A stretch of 35,416 nt of DNA from an uncultured Lachnospiraceae bacterium (lineage in GTDB: Bacteria; Bacillota; Clostridia; Lachnospirales; Lachnospiraceae), in NCBI GenBank assembly GCA_948964755.1, contig CAREEU010000007.1:1-35416 (forward strand), given 5' to 3'. Each line of letters opens with the position of its first letter. Positions within the stretch are counted from its first letter, which is position 1. This document shows positions 27,860 to 35,416 of the stretch, piece after piece. A program made the translations under genes and the position numbers. Below the pieces are notes generated by a model. It searched no databases and was not told the DNA's origin. It saw only the letters and a list, made by a program, of their open reading frames with translations.

Positions 27860-28045
27860 TTATTTTGATAACTTGTTTTTCAAACCTGAGAGTTCCCATA
27901 TTCGATTTAATTGATGTTCATAACTAAACTTATCTTTGACAATTTTATAACCGTTTTGTCTAATTTTTTCTGCTTCCTTTTCATGACTTAGATAATATTT
28001 GCACTTATCTAATGCCTCTTCCATAGAACTATATATCAAAAGATC
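27860..28045 (-). other. In-frame 3' continuation of the CgeB-like gene at 28046..29065, separated from it only by one TAA codon
   Basis: Translation directly after the TAA at 28046-28048 continues in frame as DLLIYSSMEEALDKCKYY...FSYEHQLNRIWEL. This aligns residue by residue with the C-terminus of the paralog (ETLVYFTNPAEFSRAIVRY...GHTYWHRIAAIL). The stop aligns with Glu, so GAA to TAA is a single substitution. Confidence 0.55.
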
Positions 28046-29065
28046 TTATCCGTCTTTAAAATATTCATTTAAATCTTCTTGATAATTTGTCATTGCTAAT
28101 GCATGACAGCCCATAATATCAATCACTCGCTGAGGGATACCCCGGCGAATATTTCGCAATGTAATATTTAAATTTATTTTACTACACTTAAATACAAGCG
28201 GCATATCATATCTATAATCTACAGGTTCACATATCTTTACATTTGGAAGTTTCGGACTATTTATGGTAAACAACTTTACATGATAATATTTTGCCAATAG
28301 TGTAAGTAAAAGTATTCTCTCTTTATTGGTTACTGCCTTTAAAAGAAAAGCAATCAATCCCCAACTTTTTACTTCTTCTACATCATGAAAAAAATTATGA
28401 TTCAAATTTTTCAATAAAGCTTCTGTTACTTTTTGATTGCATAGACGTTTAATAAGATTTTCATTAATTAATTCTTGAATAAAATTCGTACCATAAACAT
28501 TTAACTGTATATTAATCAGTGCTGCAATATAGCCTGCACCATATTCATCAAATAGGGGAAACATTTTATCCATATCTGATTGATAAAGCTGCCCAACAAA
28601 AGAAATATCTGCATGATATTTCATCCTTCCCATGGGAGTAGGTTTCATTCGACTTAAACGTCTAGCATCAGCTGCCAAAGGTAAATAATAAAAAATATTT
28701 TTTACTCCATGTTCCTGAAATTCCTCATATTCCGAAGAATCAAATAAAAAAATACGATTGGTGTCAAAAAAATGAGTTTCATTTGCTATGCCTAAGGCTG
28801 GACTATCATATGTCCAACAAATATAAAGTATATTTCTTGCATGTGCTGCCTCTGCCAACTCCAAAAAAAAATTAATAGAAAAAATTGCATCATATTTTTT
28901 ATTATCTAAGGCTTTTTCCAAATCCTCCCGAAACTGCTTACTTTGTGAATTTACTCTAGGATTTGACTTTGAATTAAATAAATCATATTCAATCCCCTGT
29001 TTCTGCATTGCTCTATACAAATCATACTTTGTAATAAAATTCCAATCATAAATAAATAGCTTCAT
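28046..29065 (-). CDS. CgeB-like glycosyltransferase, truncated by an in-frame TAA (possible pseudogene or nonsense allele)
   Basis: The 339-aa protein has an AGGAG RBS. It lacks the last ~60 residues present in the paralog. Those residues are encoded in frame immediately after the stop. Confidence 0.6.
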   Translation of the reverse strand: MKLFIYDWNFITKYDLYRAMQKQGIEYDLFNSKSNPRVNSQSKQFREDLEKALDNKKYDAIFSINFFLELAEAAHARNILYICWTYDSPALGIANETHFFDTNRIFLFDSSEYEEFQEHGVKNIFYYLPLAADARRLSRMKPTPMGRMKYHADISFVGQLYQSDMDKMFPLFDEYGAGYIAALINIQLNVYGTNFIQELINENLIKRLCNQKVTEALLKNLNHNFFHDVEEVKSWGLIAFLLKAVTNKERILLLTLLAKYYHVKLFTINSPKLPNVKICEPVDYRYDMPLVFKCSKINLNITLRNIRRGIPQRVIDIMGCHALAMTNYQEDLNEYFKDG

Positions 29066-29098
29066 ACTATACTCCTACAAAATAAAGAATAAATAACA

Positions 29099-29127
29099 AT
29101 AGGCGGTGTAAAAACCGCACCGCCTAT
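29099..29127 (-). terminator. Rho-independent terminator of flagellin gene
   Basis: The 10-bp GC-rich stem ATAGGCGGTG/CACCGCCTAT is followed on the minus strand by TTGTTATTTATTCTTTATTTT. Confidence 0.6.
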
Positions 29128-29174
29128 AGATATTCATACCATTTAATCTAATCTGTTTTTTACAACAATTACTA

Positions 29175-30758
29175 TTAACCAAGAAGAGAAAGAACTCCTT
29201 GATTGCTCTGATTTGCTTGAGCTAACATAGATTGACCAGCTTGAGCCAAAATATTATTATTCGCATATCTTACCATTTCAGTAGCCATATCCGTATCACG
29301 AATTTGACTTTCAGCACTTGTCGTATTCTCCACTACATTATCTAAGTTATTAATTGTATGCTCTAAACGGTTTTGAACAGCACCAAGGGCAGCTCTTTGA
29401 TCAGAAACCTTATTCAATGCCGCTTTAATTGTTTCAATTGCATTTAATGCATTTGTATCATCTTCTCCATTTACCTTTAAACCAGTGACACCAATTGCCT
29501 TAGCACTCATAGACTTTATATCAAGAGAAATCTGATTATTGGTTGTAGCATCTGCACCTACATGAAGATTCAAAGTTAAAGCACCTACATCAAATTTATC
29601 TGTATAACTTAACAATCTATCCACGTCAGCCTGTGTTGCCAACTGACGGTCAGTTGCACCCTCTCCTGTCTTTAAATACAGTTCTGCATTAGGATCTAAC
29701 TTACCGTTGTTGTTAATATATTTATCTAAACCATTCGCAGCAATCTCATTACCATCCTTATCAATAAATTGAACTACGCCCTTACTTGTATAGTCAGAAT
29801 AAGCGACAGAATCTACAGCAAGTTTTACAGGAGCAAGCGTAGAATAATACTTCGATATATCTGCAGCAGTCGCACCAATATCTGTCCCTATCTCTTTCCT
29901 ATTTCCATCTGAATCATATACTTCTGTCTTCAGCTTATAATGTGCACCAGTATCAGTTATAGTATTACTAGCAATTGCAACTGCTTGGCTCTTTATATCA
30001 CCTGTTCCAGCACTAGAAGAATAATAAGTTATTGTTGAATCATATGCTTCCCCAGAAGCAACTTGATAATATTCATCTCCCACTTTCTTCAAATACTTAC
30101 CTGTACTATCCGTGAAAACTGCTTCCGAATTATTTAAGAAATTACCAGAATCACTAGATGCAATCGCTACTCCATAGGTTGCACCTGTACTGTCACTATA
30201 ATATACTTTTGTTGAATCAACTGCTGTTTTCAACGTCCCTTTCGATAAAGTCTTAACGGTATTATCTTCTACATAGTAAAGGTCTTGGCTAATCACATCT
30301 ACTTCTTTATATTGGAAATTTGTGTCTTTTGCAGCATTTACATCCCCTTTTAACAAATAAGTTTCATTAAACTTCGTTGTCTCCGATACACGATCGATTT
30401 CTGTTACCAACTGATCGATCTCAGCCTGAATCGCATCTCTATCAGAAGAAGAATTCGTTCCATTTGCTGCCTTTACTGCCAATTCATTCATTCTCTGAAG
30501 CATATCCTGTACTTCTGTCAATGCACCTTCTGCTGTCTGTACGGCACTGATTCCGTCCTGTGCATTAGAAGAAGCCTGTGTCAGTCCTCGGATCTGCTTT
30601 CTCATTTTTTCGGAAATTGCCAAACCTGCTGCATCGTCTGCTGCACGATTGATCTTATAACCAGATGATAATTTTTCTGTGGATTTTGCCTGAGCCTTGG
30701 TTGTGATACCTAGCATACGATTAGAATTCATTGCTGTAAGATTGTGTTGTACTACCAT
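29175..30758 (-). CDS. fliC: Flagellin
   Basis: Conserved N-terminal ([24 protein letters not shown]) and C-terminal ([24 protein letters not shown]) flagellin domains flank a ~250-aa Ser/Thr/Tyr/Asp-rich variable region. AAGGAGG RBS is upstream. Confidence 0.9.
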   Translation of the reverse strand: MVVQHNLTAMNSNRMLGITTKAQAKSTEKLSSGYKINRAADDAAGLAISEKMRKQIRGLTQASSNAQDGISAVQTAEGALTEVQDMLQRMNELAVKAANGTNSSSDRDAIQAEIDQLVTEIDRVSETTKFNETYLLKGDVNAAKDTNFQYKEVDVISQDLYYVEDNTVKTLSKGTLKTAVDSTKVYYSDSTGATYGVAIASSDSGNFLNNSEAVFTDSTGKYLKKVGDEYYQVASGEAYDSTITYYSSSAGTGDIKSQAVAIASNTITDTGAHYKLKTEVYDSDGNRKEIGTDIGATAADISKYYSTLAPVKLAVDSVAYSDYTSKGVVQFIDKDGNEIAANGLDKYINNNGKLDPNAELYLKTGEGATDRQLATQADVDRLLSYTDKFDVGALTLNLHVGADATTNNQISLDIKSMSAKAIGVTGLKVNGEDDTNALNAIETIKAALNKVSDQRAALGAVQNRLEHTINNLDNVVENTTSAESQIRDTDMATEMVRYANNNILAQAGQSMLAQANQSNQGVLSLLG

Positions 30759-30826
30759 AAAATATACCTCCTTGTAATACGGCTTGTTTCATCATTTTTC
30801 TTTTCCCTTGCCGTTTCTTTGTTATG

Positions 30827-30846
30827 CGGTCAACTCCATTTGCCGC
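30827..30846 (-). promoter_or_regulatory. Candidate CsrA-binding hairpin in fliC 5' leader (GGA in loop); a second GGA site overlaps the SD
   Basis: On the minus strand GCGGcaaatGGAgttgaCCGC presents the GGA in a loop. The SD context is caAGGAGG. This is the pattern known from the B. subtilis hag leader. Confidence 0.35.
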
Positions 30847-30894
30847 TTTGGTAAGAAAAGTCTTACCTCATTTCTTAAAAAATCTATCTCGGAT

Positions 30895-30903
30895 TTCCAC
30901 CAA
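30895..30903 (-). promoter_or_regulatory. Weak sigma-D-like -10 (TCCGAGATA vs GCCGATAT) upstream of fliC
   Basis: The match is partial. The -35 TAAA element was not found convincingly. Confidence 0.2.
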
Positions 30904-31022
30904 ATATCATTTCTTTTGATTTCTTTCCGAATTTAATAATCCGAATCGCATCCCGCTTTTGGGCCCGATTGTTGCGGACTGCTTTCGGTTATTAACCATA
31001 ATAAATAACCTCTCTTCTTCTT

Positions 31023-31277
31023 TTAGCTTCCTGCCTTCGAAGAAAATTTCTTTTTTCGAAACCGTTCTGCCAATTCCGGTTCTGCATAATATTGAGGAAG
31101 AGATCCCCTCTCTTCTTCCGGCACGTTCTGTTCCATCACTTTACTTCTCACTACACCGACTTCCTTTGGTGCATCAATCAGAATTCGAAGATGGCTTTTA
31201 CTGCCTCCTAAAAATGCAATCTTAATATTATCCCCTATCATCAGGTATTCTTCTGTACTTAGAGTCAGTCTTAACAT
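31023..31277 (-). CDS. csrA: Carbon storage regulator CsrA (flagellin translational repressor)
   Basis: MLRLTLSTEEYLMIGDNIKIAFLGG...ILIDAPKEVGVVRSKV matches the CsrA fold signature (MLVLTRK..IGD.I...V......V.IGI.AP..V.I.R.E). AAGGAGG RBS is upstream. It lies directly upstream of fliC. Confidence 0.8.
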   Translation of the reverse strand: MLRLTLSTEEYLMIGDNIKIAFLGGSKSHLRILIDAPKEVGVVRSKVMEQNVPEEERGSLPQYYAEPELAERFRKKKFSSKAGS

Positions 31278-31320
31278 CTAAAAACCTCCTTGTTTTCTCC
31301 ATGTCTTCTGTGCCAATATG

Positions 31321-31355
31321 AAAATGCAACATTTGTTAGTAAAATGTTGCATTTT
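31321..31355. promoter_or_regulatory. lox/FRT-like candidate recombination core site 1 (14-bp perfect inverted arms, 7-bp spacer GTTAGTA)
   Basis: The site reads AAAATGCAACATTT-GTTAGTA-AAATGTTGCATTTT. It lies between the divergent csrA and recombinase genes and overlaps a putative -10 (TAAAAT 31340-31345). Confidence 0.6.
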
Positions 31356-31390
31356 TAAGAAAGCAAAATTCAACGAACGGAGGATCTATC

Positions 31391-31981
31391 ATGAGCACAA
31401 CACAGCCTATTAAAAGCAAAGATGCACTGAACCAATTTAAAAATTATTATTTGCTGCAAAAACCTCAGCCAAGAAACTATACCCTGATTATATTGGGACT
31501 AAATACAGCACTGCGAATCTCCGATATTCTCACATTAAAATGGAACGATATCTATGATGACCATACTAAAACCATGAAAAAACATTTAGAAGTAATAGAA
31601 CAAAAGACTGGAAAATCCCGCACGATTGCATTAAACCGCTCTATCTGCACCACCCTAAAAAACTACCTCTCGTATTCCTTCCAGGAAAAACCCTATGAAA
31701 AAGAGCAGTATCTCTTCTTAAGTCAGAAAGGAAAGAATGAGCCAATCAGTCGTTCTCAAGCCTACCGAATTATCTGTACTGCTGCCAAAGCATCTGGACT
31801 GGATCAACATATCAGCTGCCACTCTCTAAGGAAGACATTCGGTTATCATGCGTGGAAACAGGGAACCCCTCCAGCCCTTTTAATGGATCTTTACAATCAC
31901 TCCTCCTACAGCATTACCAAGCGATATTTAAGTATTGAACAAGACGAAAGAGATGAAGTGTATTTAAAAATTACACTCTAA
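31391..31981 (+). CDS. Minimal tyrosine recombinase (phage-integrase catalytic domain only, FimB/FimE-sized)
   Basis: The 196-aa protein has the catalytic residues in order: R (NTALRISD), K (TGKSRTIAL), HxxR (HSLRKTF), H/W (GYHAW) and Y (TKRYL). GGAGGA RBS is upstream. There is no N-terminal core-binding/SAM-like domain. Confidence 0.8.
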   Translation: MSTTQPIKSKDALNQFKNYYLLQKPQPRNYTLIILGLNTALRISDILTLKWNDIYDDHTKTMKKHLEVIEQKTGKSRTIALNRSICTTLKNYLSYSFQEKPYEKEQYLFLSQKGKNEPISRSQAYRIICTAAKASGLDQHISCHSLRKTFGYHAWKQGTPPALLMDLYNHSSYSITKRYLSIEQDERDEVYLKITL

Positions 31982-31996
31982 TCCAATCACAAAAAA

Positions 31997-32031
31997 AAAT
32001 GCCGCTTATCGACAGAGGATAAGCGGCATTT
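31997..32031 (-). terminator. Strong hairpin terminator (14-bp stem, 7-nt loop) with A9 on the plus strand, giving T9 on the minus strand
   Basis: AAATGCCGCTTATC-gacagag-GATAAGCGGCATTT is the stem-loop. On the minus strand it is followed by TTTTTTTTT, so it terminates transcripts arriving from the ABC-transporter side. On the plus strand it is a weaker terminator for the recombinase gene. Confidence 0.65.
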
Positions 32032-32109
32032 CCCTTGAAAAATAAAAAATTTAAAAAAATTCAAAAACGCTATAAAGTATTTTATAAAAACACCGATATA
32101 AAAAATATA

Positions 32110-32144
32110 AAAATACAACATTTTACTAACAAGTGTTGTATTTT
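32110..32144. promoter_or_regulatory. lox/FRT-like candidate recombination core site 2 (spacer TACTAAC, exact reverse complement of the site-1 spacer)
   Basis: AAAATACAACATTT-TACTAAC-AAGTGTTGTATTTT matches the reverse complement of site 1 at 32 of 35 positions. The arm changes within site 2 are self-consistent (G to A in both arms). Confidence 0.6.
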
Positions 32145-32309
32145 TATTTTTTATAAAGTATCTTCCTTTTCTATTCTACTAAACAGCATAAACAAAAGCA
32201 AATATTTTTATACATATCTATCATATCTTATAAAATTCAAGAAAATTTTTCATCTTTTTCCTAAATTTTCTGTATTTTACAACACATTATACAAATCAAA
32301 TATTCTATT

Positions 32310-34523
32310 TCATTCACTAATAGAGTACTGAAATAAAATCCAAGTACTAATAAAATAACAAATCAGCAGCAGCATAAGAATTCCCCCAGTTGCACCTATC
32401 TGTATCAGCAGTGCCCTACTCCCAATATATGCCGAAATTTCTGCCGATATCGTCTGAACAAAGTAAACAAGCACAACGACAGCCGCCCCTACTGCAACAA
32501 CAACGGGAAGTCCAAACCACACTCCTAACTGCCGAAATACAAGTCTTTTGATTCTCTGCTCTTCCACTCCCAATTTTCGAAGTACGGAAAAACGATAGCG
32601 ATACTGCCCTGCATCCAAAAGCTGCTGCAGAGAAAGTATGGTAAGACAGATTACCATCAACACAACGGCAGCATAAATCATCCCCGCCTGCAGAACAAAA
32701 TTATTGGCCTTTGTACCATTTATCTGCAGGGTACGCAAACGAATTCCATATGCTGTGCCATTCTCTGTCTGCTCGGGATATTCTTTTATAAATTCCCTTT
32801 CCAATTTACAAGCATCCGCATAAGAAATCCCTCTCTCTGTTAGAATATAGCGATCCCGCATAACCGGAAGCAAACTTTCACAAATCGAATCTGGAAAGAC
32901 ATACAAAACATTGGTATAGGAATTGTAAACCGTTTGTCCGATTTCATGCTGATAATAAGACTCTTCTGAAAGCGTCAATTCCCCGGCATCTGTTAGGATA
33001 TGGGTATGTTCTCTAAGAAAATCGTCCCGTTCCTCCTTTGCTGCAACGGATTTCCACTGTGTTGTAAATTCATTCTCCTCTAAAAAAATCGGTTCTTTCC
33101 CTAACATCGTCAGTATCCTATTATAATCACTAAGAGAAATCGCCACAGCAGGAAATTCATATTTCTTCCGATTATGAAACTCTTCTTTCTTAGGTAAATA
33201 CAGATAAAAGGTACAATCAGAAGCAATCTCGATCCTATGCTCTCCCAAAAAATCACTTGCCAGCAAATAGTCATCCTGCGGCAAATATTCTTCTTGATAG
33301 ACCTGATTATATCTGGAAAAAATCTGCACATCATACATCGAACGGCTGTCCAAATATCCAGAAGCCCAACCTGTTAAAATAGGTGCCGCAATAAACATCA
33401 CAATCGCAAGTACTAAAGTAATACTGATCAGCGTCATTGTCTTACTGGTGGTATTTAATTTCGAAATAATCTGTCCCCAAAAAAACAAATTTTCTCCATT
33501 ATACTTATGTTCCGGTGACTTTTCCTTCCATGCGGCAATCTGACCGCTTGCCAAATAGATCAAATCACAGATAAAAAACAGCAGATCCGCCAAAAGAAAC
33601 ACCAGATATTGATTTTTTATCCCCGACCCCAACGGCAGATAATATTGATGGATTATACCCGGTACACTGGCTGCCAAAAAAGCATTACAAACCGAACACA
33701 CCAACAGTCCCAAAAGTAAGGAAGAATCCTTTCTTTTTTTCCTTCGGACAATCCACAATAAAAAGCAGCCTAATGTAACAGCCGGAAAAAAAAGATTCCC
33801 CCAGAACATAACCTGTACAGGAACAGCAAAACGGCTGTCATAATAAAACCAAACCTTCCGTATCCCAGTTATAAGTCTCCAAAGCATAAATCCTTCGAAA
33901 ATCCTCACCACTGCAAAAATCCAACGGCTCTTCTTCAATTCAGGCTCATTCTCTCTATCCGCCGAAAGCATCGCAACAATTTTCGTCTTTCGAATCATAT
34001 AAGTATTCAAACTTCCCACTGCAAAAAAACTTAAAATAAAAAACACTGCCGTCAGCAATACCGTATCTGGAAACAGTGTCCATGCCAACTGATACGTTTT
34101 CCCATAAGAAGTCAATAACATTGCCGTAATAAACTGAGAACAAAACACACCAAAAAAAATTCCCAGTCCGATAGAAATCATTCCCATTATCAGCGTTTCC
34201 GCAAAGAAAAGCCCCGCAACCGTCTTTTGCTCCATTCCCATAATCAACTGAAGGGCAAACTCTTTCTGCTTCCGCTGCAGCATATATCGATTCACAAACC
34301 AGATTAAAAAAGCCAAACACAATGTAATCATACAGACGGCCGCTTTCATTCCGTCACTAAGCATCGTAAAATCATACTCACTTCCAATATCCGGCTTATA
34401 ATATCTGCTGGAAATAGACAAAAACGAATAAAACAGCGTTACACATATCGTCATAGTTACAACATAAACTAAATAATCCCTTACCGACCGCTTAGCATTT
34501 CGAAAAACCAGTTTCACATACAT
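32310..34523 (-). CDS. ABC transporter permease, FtsX-like (BceB-type, 10 TM with large extracellular loop)
   Basis: The 737-aa protein has the FtsX/MacB-type permease architecture. It overlaps the upstream ATPase gene by 32 bp. Confidence 0.8.
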   Translation of the reverse strand: MYVKLVFRNAKRSVRDYLVYVVTMTICVTLFYSFLSISSRYYKPDIGSEYDFTMLSDGMKAAVCMITLCLAFLIWFVNRYMLQRKQKEFALQLIMGMEQKTVAGLFFAETLIMGMISIGLGIFFGVFCSQFITAMLLTSYGKTYQLAWTLFPDTVLLTAVFFILSFFAVGSLNTYMIRKTKIVAMLSADRENEPELKKSRWIFAVVRIFEGFMLWRLITGIRKVWFYYDSRFAVPVQVMFWGNLFFPAVTLGCFLLWIVRRKKRKDSSLLLGLLVCSVCNAFLAASVPGIIHQYYLPLGSGIKNQYLVFLLADLLFFICDLIYLASGQIAAWKEKSPEHKYNGENLFFWGQIISKLNTTSKTMTLISITLVLAIVMFIAAPILTGWASGYLDSRSMYDVQIFSRYNQVYQEEYLPQDDYLLASDFLGEHRIEIASDCTFYLYLPKKEEFHNRKKYEFPAVAISLSDYNRILTMLGKEPIFLEENEFTTQWKSVAAKEERDDFLREHTHILTDAGELTLSEESYYQHEIGQTVYNSYTNVLYVFPDSICESLLPVMRDRYILTERGISYADACKLEREFIKEYPEQTENGTAYGIRLRTLQINGTKANNFVLQAGMIYAAVVLMVICLTILSLQQLLDAGQYRYRFSVLRKLGVEEQRIKRLVFRQLGVWFGLPVVVAVGAAVVVLVYFVQTISAEISAYIGSRALLIQIGATGGILMLLLICYFISTWILFQYSISE

Positions 34524-35280
34524 GACTCTTTCCTCCTCCCATCATAGTCAGCACATTTAAAATCTTTTGAAAAAAGGCACTTCTGCTGTCACTCCCTTTA
34601 TACAATTCCATAAAAATTTCCCCATCCTGCAAAAATAAAATCCGCTCAGCATAACTAGCTGTAAAAGCATCATGTGTCACCATTAAAATCGTTGTTCCAA
34701 TCTGTCTATGAATCCCTTGAATCGTAGATAACAGCATCTGTGCCGAATGACTGTCCAAAGCCCCGGTCGGTTCATCCGCTAACAAAAGCTTCGGCTTATG
34801 AATCATTGCCCTGGTACAGGCACAACGCTGCTTCTGCCCTCCAGATACCTGATAAGGATATTTATCAAGAATATCACAAATATTCAACTGTTCTGCCATT
34901 TCTAAAACAGCTTTCTCAATCATCCTTGCAGGCATCCGATTAATTGTCAGTGCCAATGCAATATTTTCGGAAATGGTCAGTGTATCCAACAAATTAAAAT
35001 CTTGAAACACAAAACCCAAATTTTCTCTGCGAAACCGAGCAAGCGACTTTGGCTTTATCTCCGTTATATCTGTTCCATCCAAATAGATATGACCTGCACT
35101 TACCGTATCAATCGTAGAGATACAATTAAGCAGTGTTGTTTTCCCGGAACCAGAAGCTCCCATAATACTAAGAAATTCACCTGCTTCCACCGAAAAACTA
35201 ATATCTTTAATCGCTTTTGTCAGATTTCCTTTATTTCCATAATATTTTTGAATATGTTCCAACTCTAAAATCATATACAT
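34492..35280 (-). CDS. ABC transporter ATP-binding protein (BceA-type)
   Basis: The protein has Walker A (GASGSGKTT), the ABC signature (VSGGQKQR) and Walker B (LLLADEPTGALD). The start may instead be ATG 35274, which has better RBS spacing. Confidence 0.85.
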   Translation of the reverse strand: MYMILELEHIQKYYGNKGNLTKAIKDISFSVEAGEFLSIMGASGSGKTTLLNCISTIDTVSAGHIYLDGTDITEIKPKSLARFRRENLGFVFQDFNLLDTLTISENIALALTINRMPARMIEKAVLEMAEQLNICDILDKYPYQVSGGQKQRCACTRAMIHKPKLLLADEPTGALDSHSAQMLLSTIQGIHRQIGTTILMVTHDAFTASYAERILFLQDGEIFMELYKGSDSRSAFFQKILNVLTMMGGGKSHVCETGFSKC

Positions 35281-35353
35281 TCTCTCTCCTTTTCCTTTTT
35301 TCTGCTCTTATTATAACGAACCTGCAAACATTTTGGTATCAAGTTTCCTTACA

Positions 35354-35379
35354 CACTTCTTACAAAAATGTAAGAAGTG
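35354..35379. promoter_or_regulatory. Perfect 11-bp inverted repeat CACTTCTTACA-aaaa-TGTAAGAAGTG (TNACA-N4-TGTAA type response-regulator operator)
   Basis: It lies ~75 bp upstream of the ABC ATPase start. The downstream promoter has a good -10 (TATAAT, minus strand 35310-35315) but a poor -35, which fits an activator-dependent promoter. Confidence 0.45.
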
Positions 35380-35416
35380 CAGAATCGATCCATCCGATCA
35401 ATTCTGCACTCCATCC

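Noticed and set aside
31321-32144. Alternative reading of the two 35-bp palindromes as ordinary repressor operators rather than recombination sites
   Set aside because: - This is not fully rejected.
- It is considered less likely because the arm/spacer geometry (14+7+14) and the adjacent tyrosine recombinase fit a core site.
- A symmetric operator would not need an asymmetric 7-bp centre conserved as an exact reverse complement.
32035-32331. 98-aa Lys/Asn/Phe-rich ORF
   Set aside because: - It is an AT-rich intergenic region.
- It has no RBS and the peptide is low-complexity.
- It overlaps candidate recombination site 2.
1-35416. CRISPR arrays, tRNA or rRNA genes
   Set aside because: - No regularly spaced direct repeats were seen.
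- No tRNA-like T-arm (GGTTCGAAT context) or rRNA-like segments were recognised.
- No cas genes are present.

Overview
This 35.4-kb window looks like a low-GC Firmicutes chromosome segment (Clostridia or Lachnospiraceae by gene content). Nearly all genes are on the minus strand and no tools were run, so every call below is from reading the sequence and the six-frame track.

Gene content from left to right:
- 203..8976: a tightly packed nine-gene minus-strand block. It encodes a MarR regulator, a MATE efflux pump, an aldo/keto reductase with a C-terminal Fe-S domain, an Fe-alcohol dehydrogenase, a lipoprotein-anchored flavodoxin, two short-chain dehydrogenases, a DUF362-like lipoprotein and a UPF0718-type permease.
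- 9242..10303: a small regulatory cluster with one hypothetical protein, a stand-alone Spo0A_C-like domain protein and an XRE-type HTH regulator.
- 10320..11880: an AT-rich stretch holding a truncated MFS remnant and an unusually structured non-coding region of nested perfect palindromes.
- 11903..15405: a CaCA-family transporter, a second MATE pump and a Gx-transporter::NusG_II fusion. This block is bracketed by a 44-bp inverted repeat pair.
- 15678..20805: a complete rnfCDGEAB operon.
- 20806..21684: an intergenic region containing two ~132-bp hairpin-forming elements in inverted orientation with compensatory stem changes.
- 21685..24351: pnp and rpsO.
- 24484..31277: a flagellin locus. It has fliC with a long central variable domain, csrA directly upstream and no fliW. 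Downstream of fliC are two CgeB-like glycosyltransferases and a 724-aa glycosyltransferase-like::radical-SAM/SPASM fusion. One of the two glycosyltransferases is interrupted by a single in-frame TAA.
- 31391..31981: a minimal 196-aa tyrosine recombinase. Its gene is flanked by two near-identical 35-bp lox-like sites (14-bp palindromic arms, 7-bp asymmetric spacer). The spacers are exact reverse complements of each other, which is the geometry of an invertible cassette.
- 32310..35280: a BceAB-type ABC transporter, with a TTACA-N4-TGTAA response-regulator-like operator at the window edge.

No rRNA, tRNA or CRISPR array was recognised.

The ORF track labels TTG and GTG starts as M. Several starts were therefore re-placed at ATG codons with good Shine-Dalgarno sequences.
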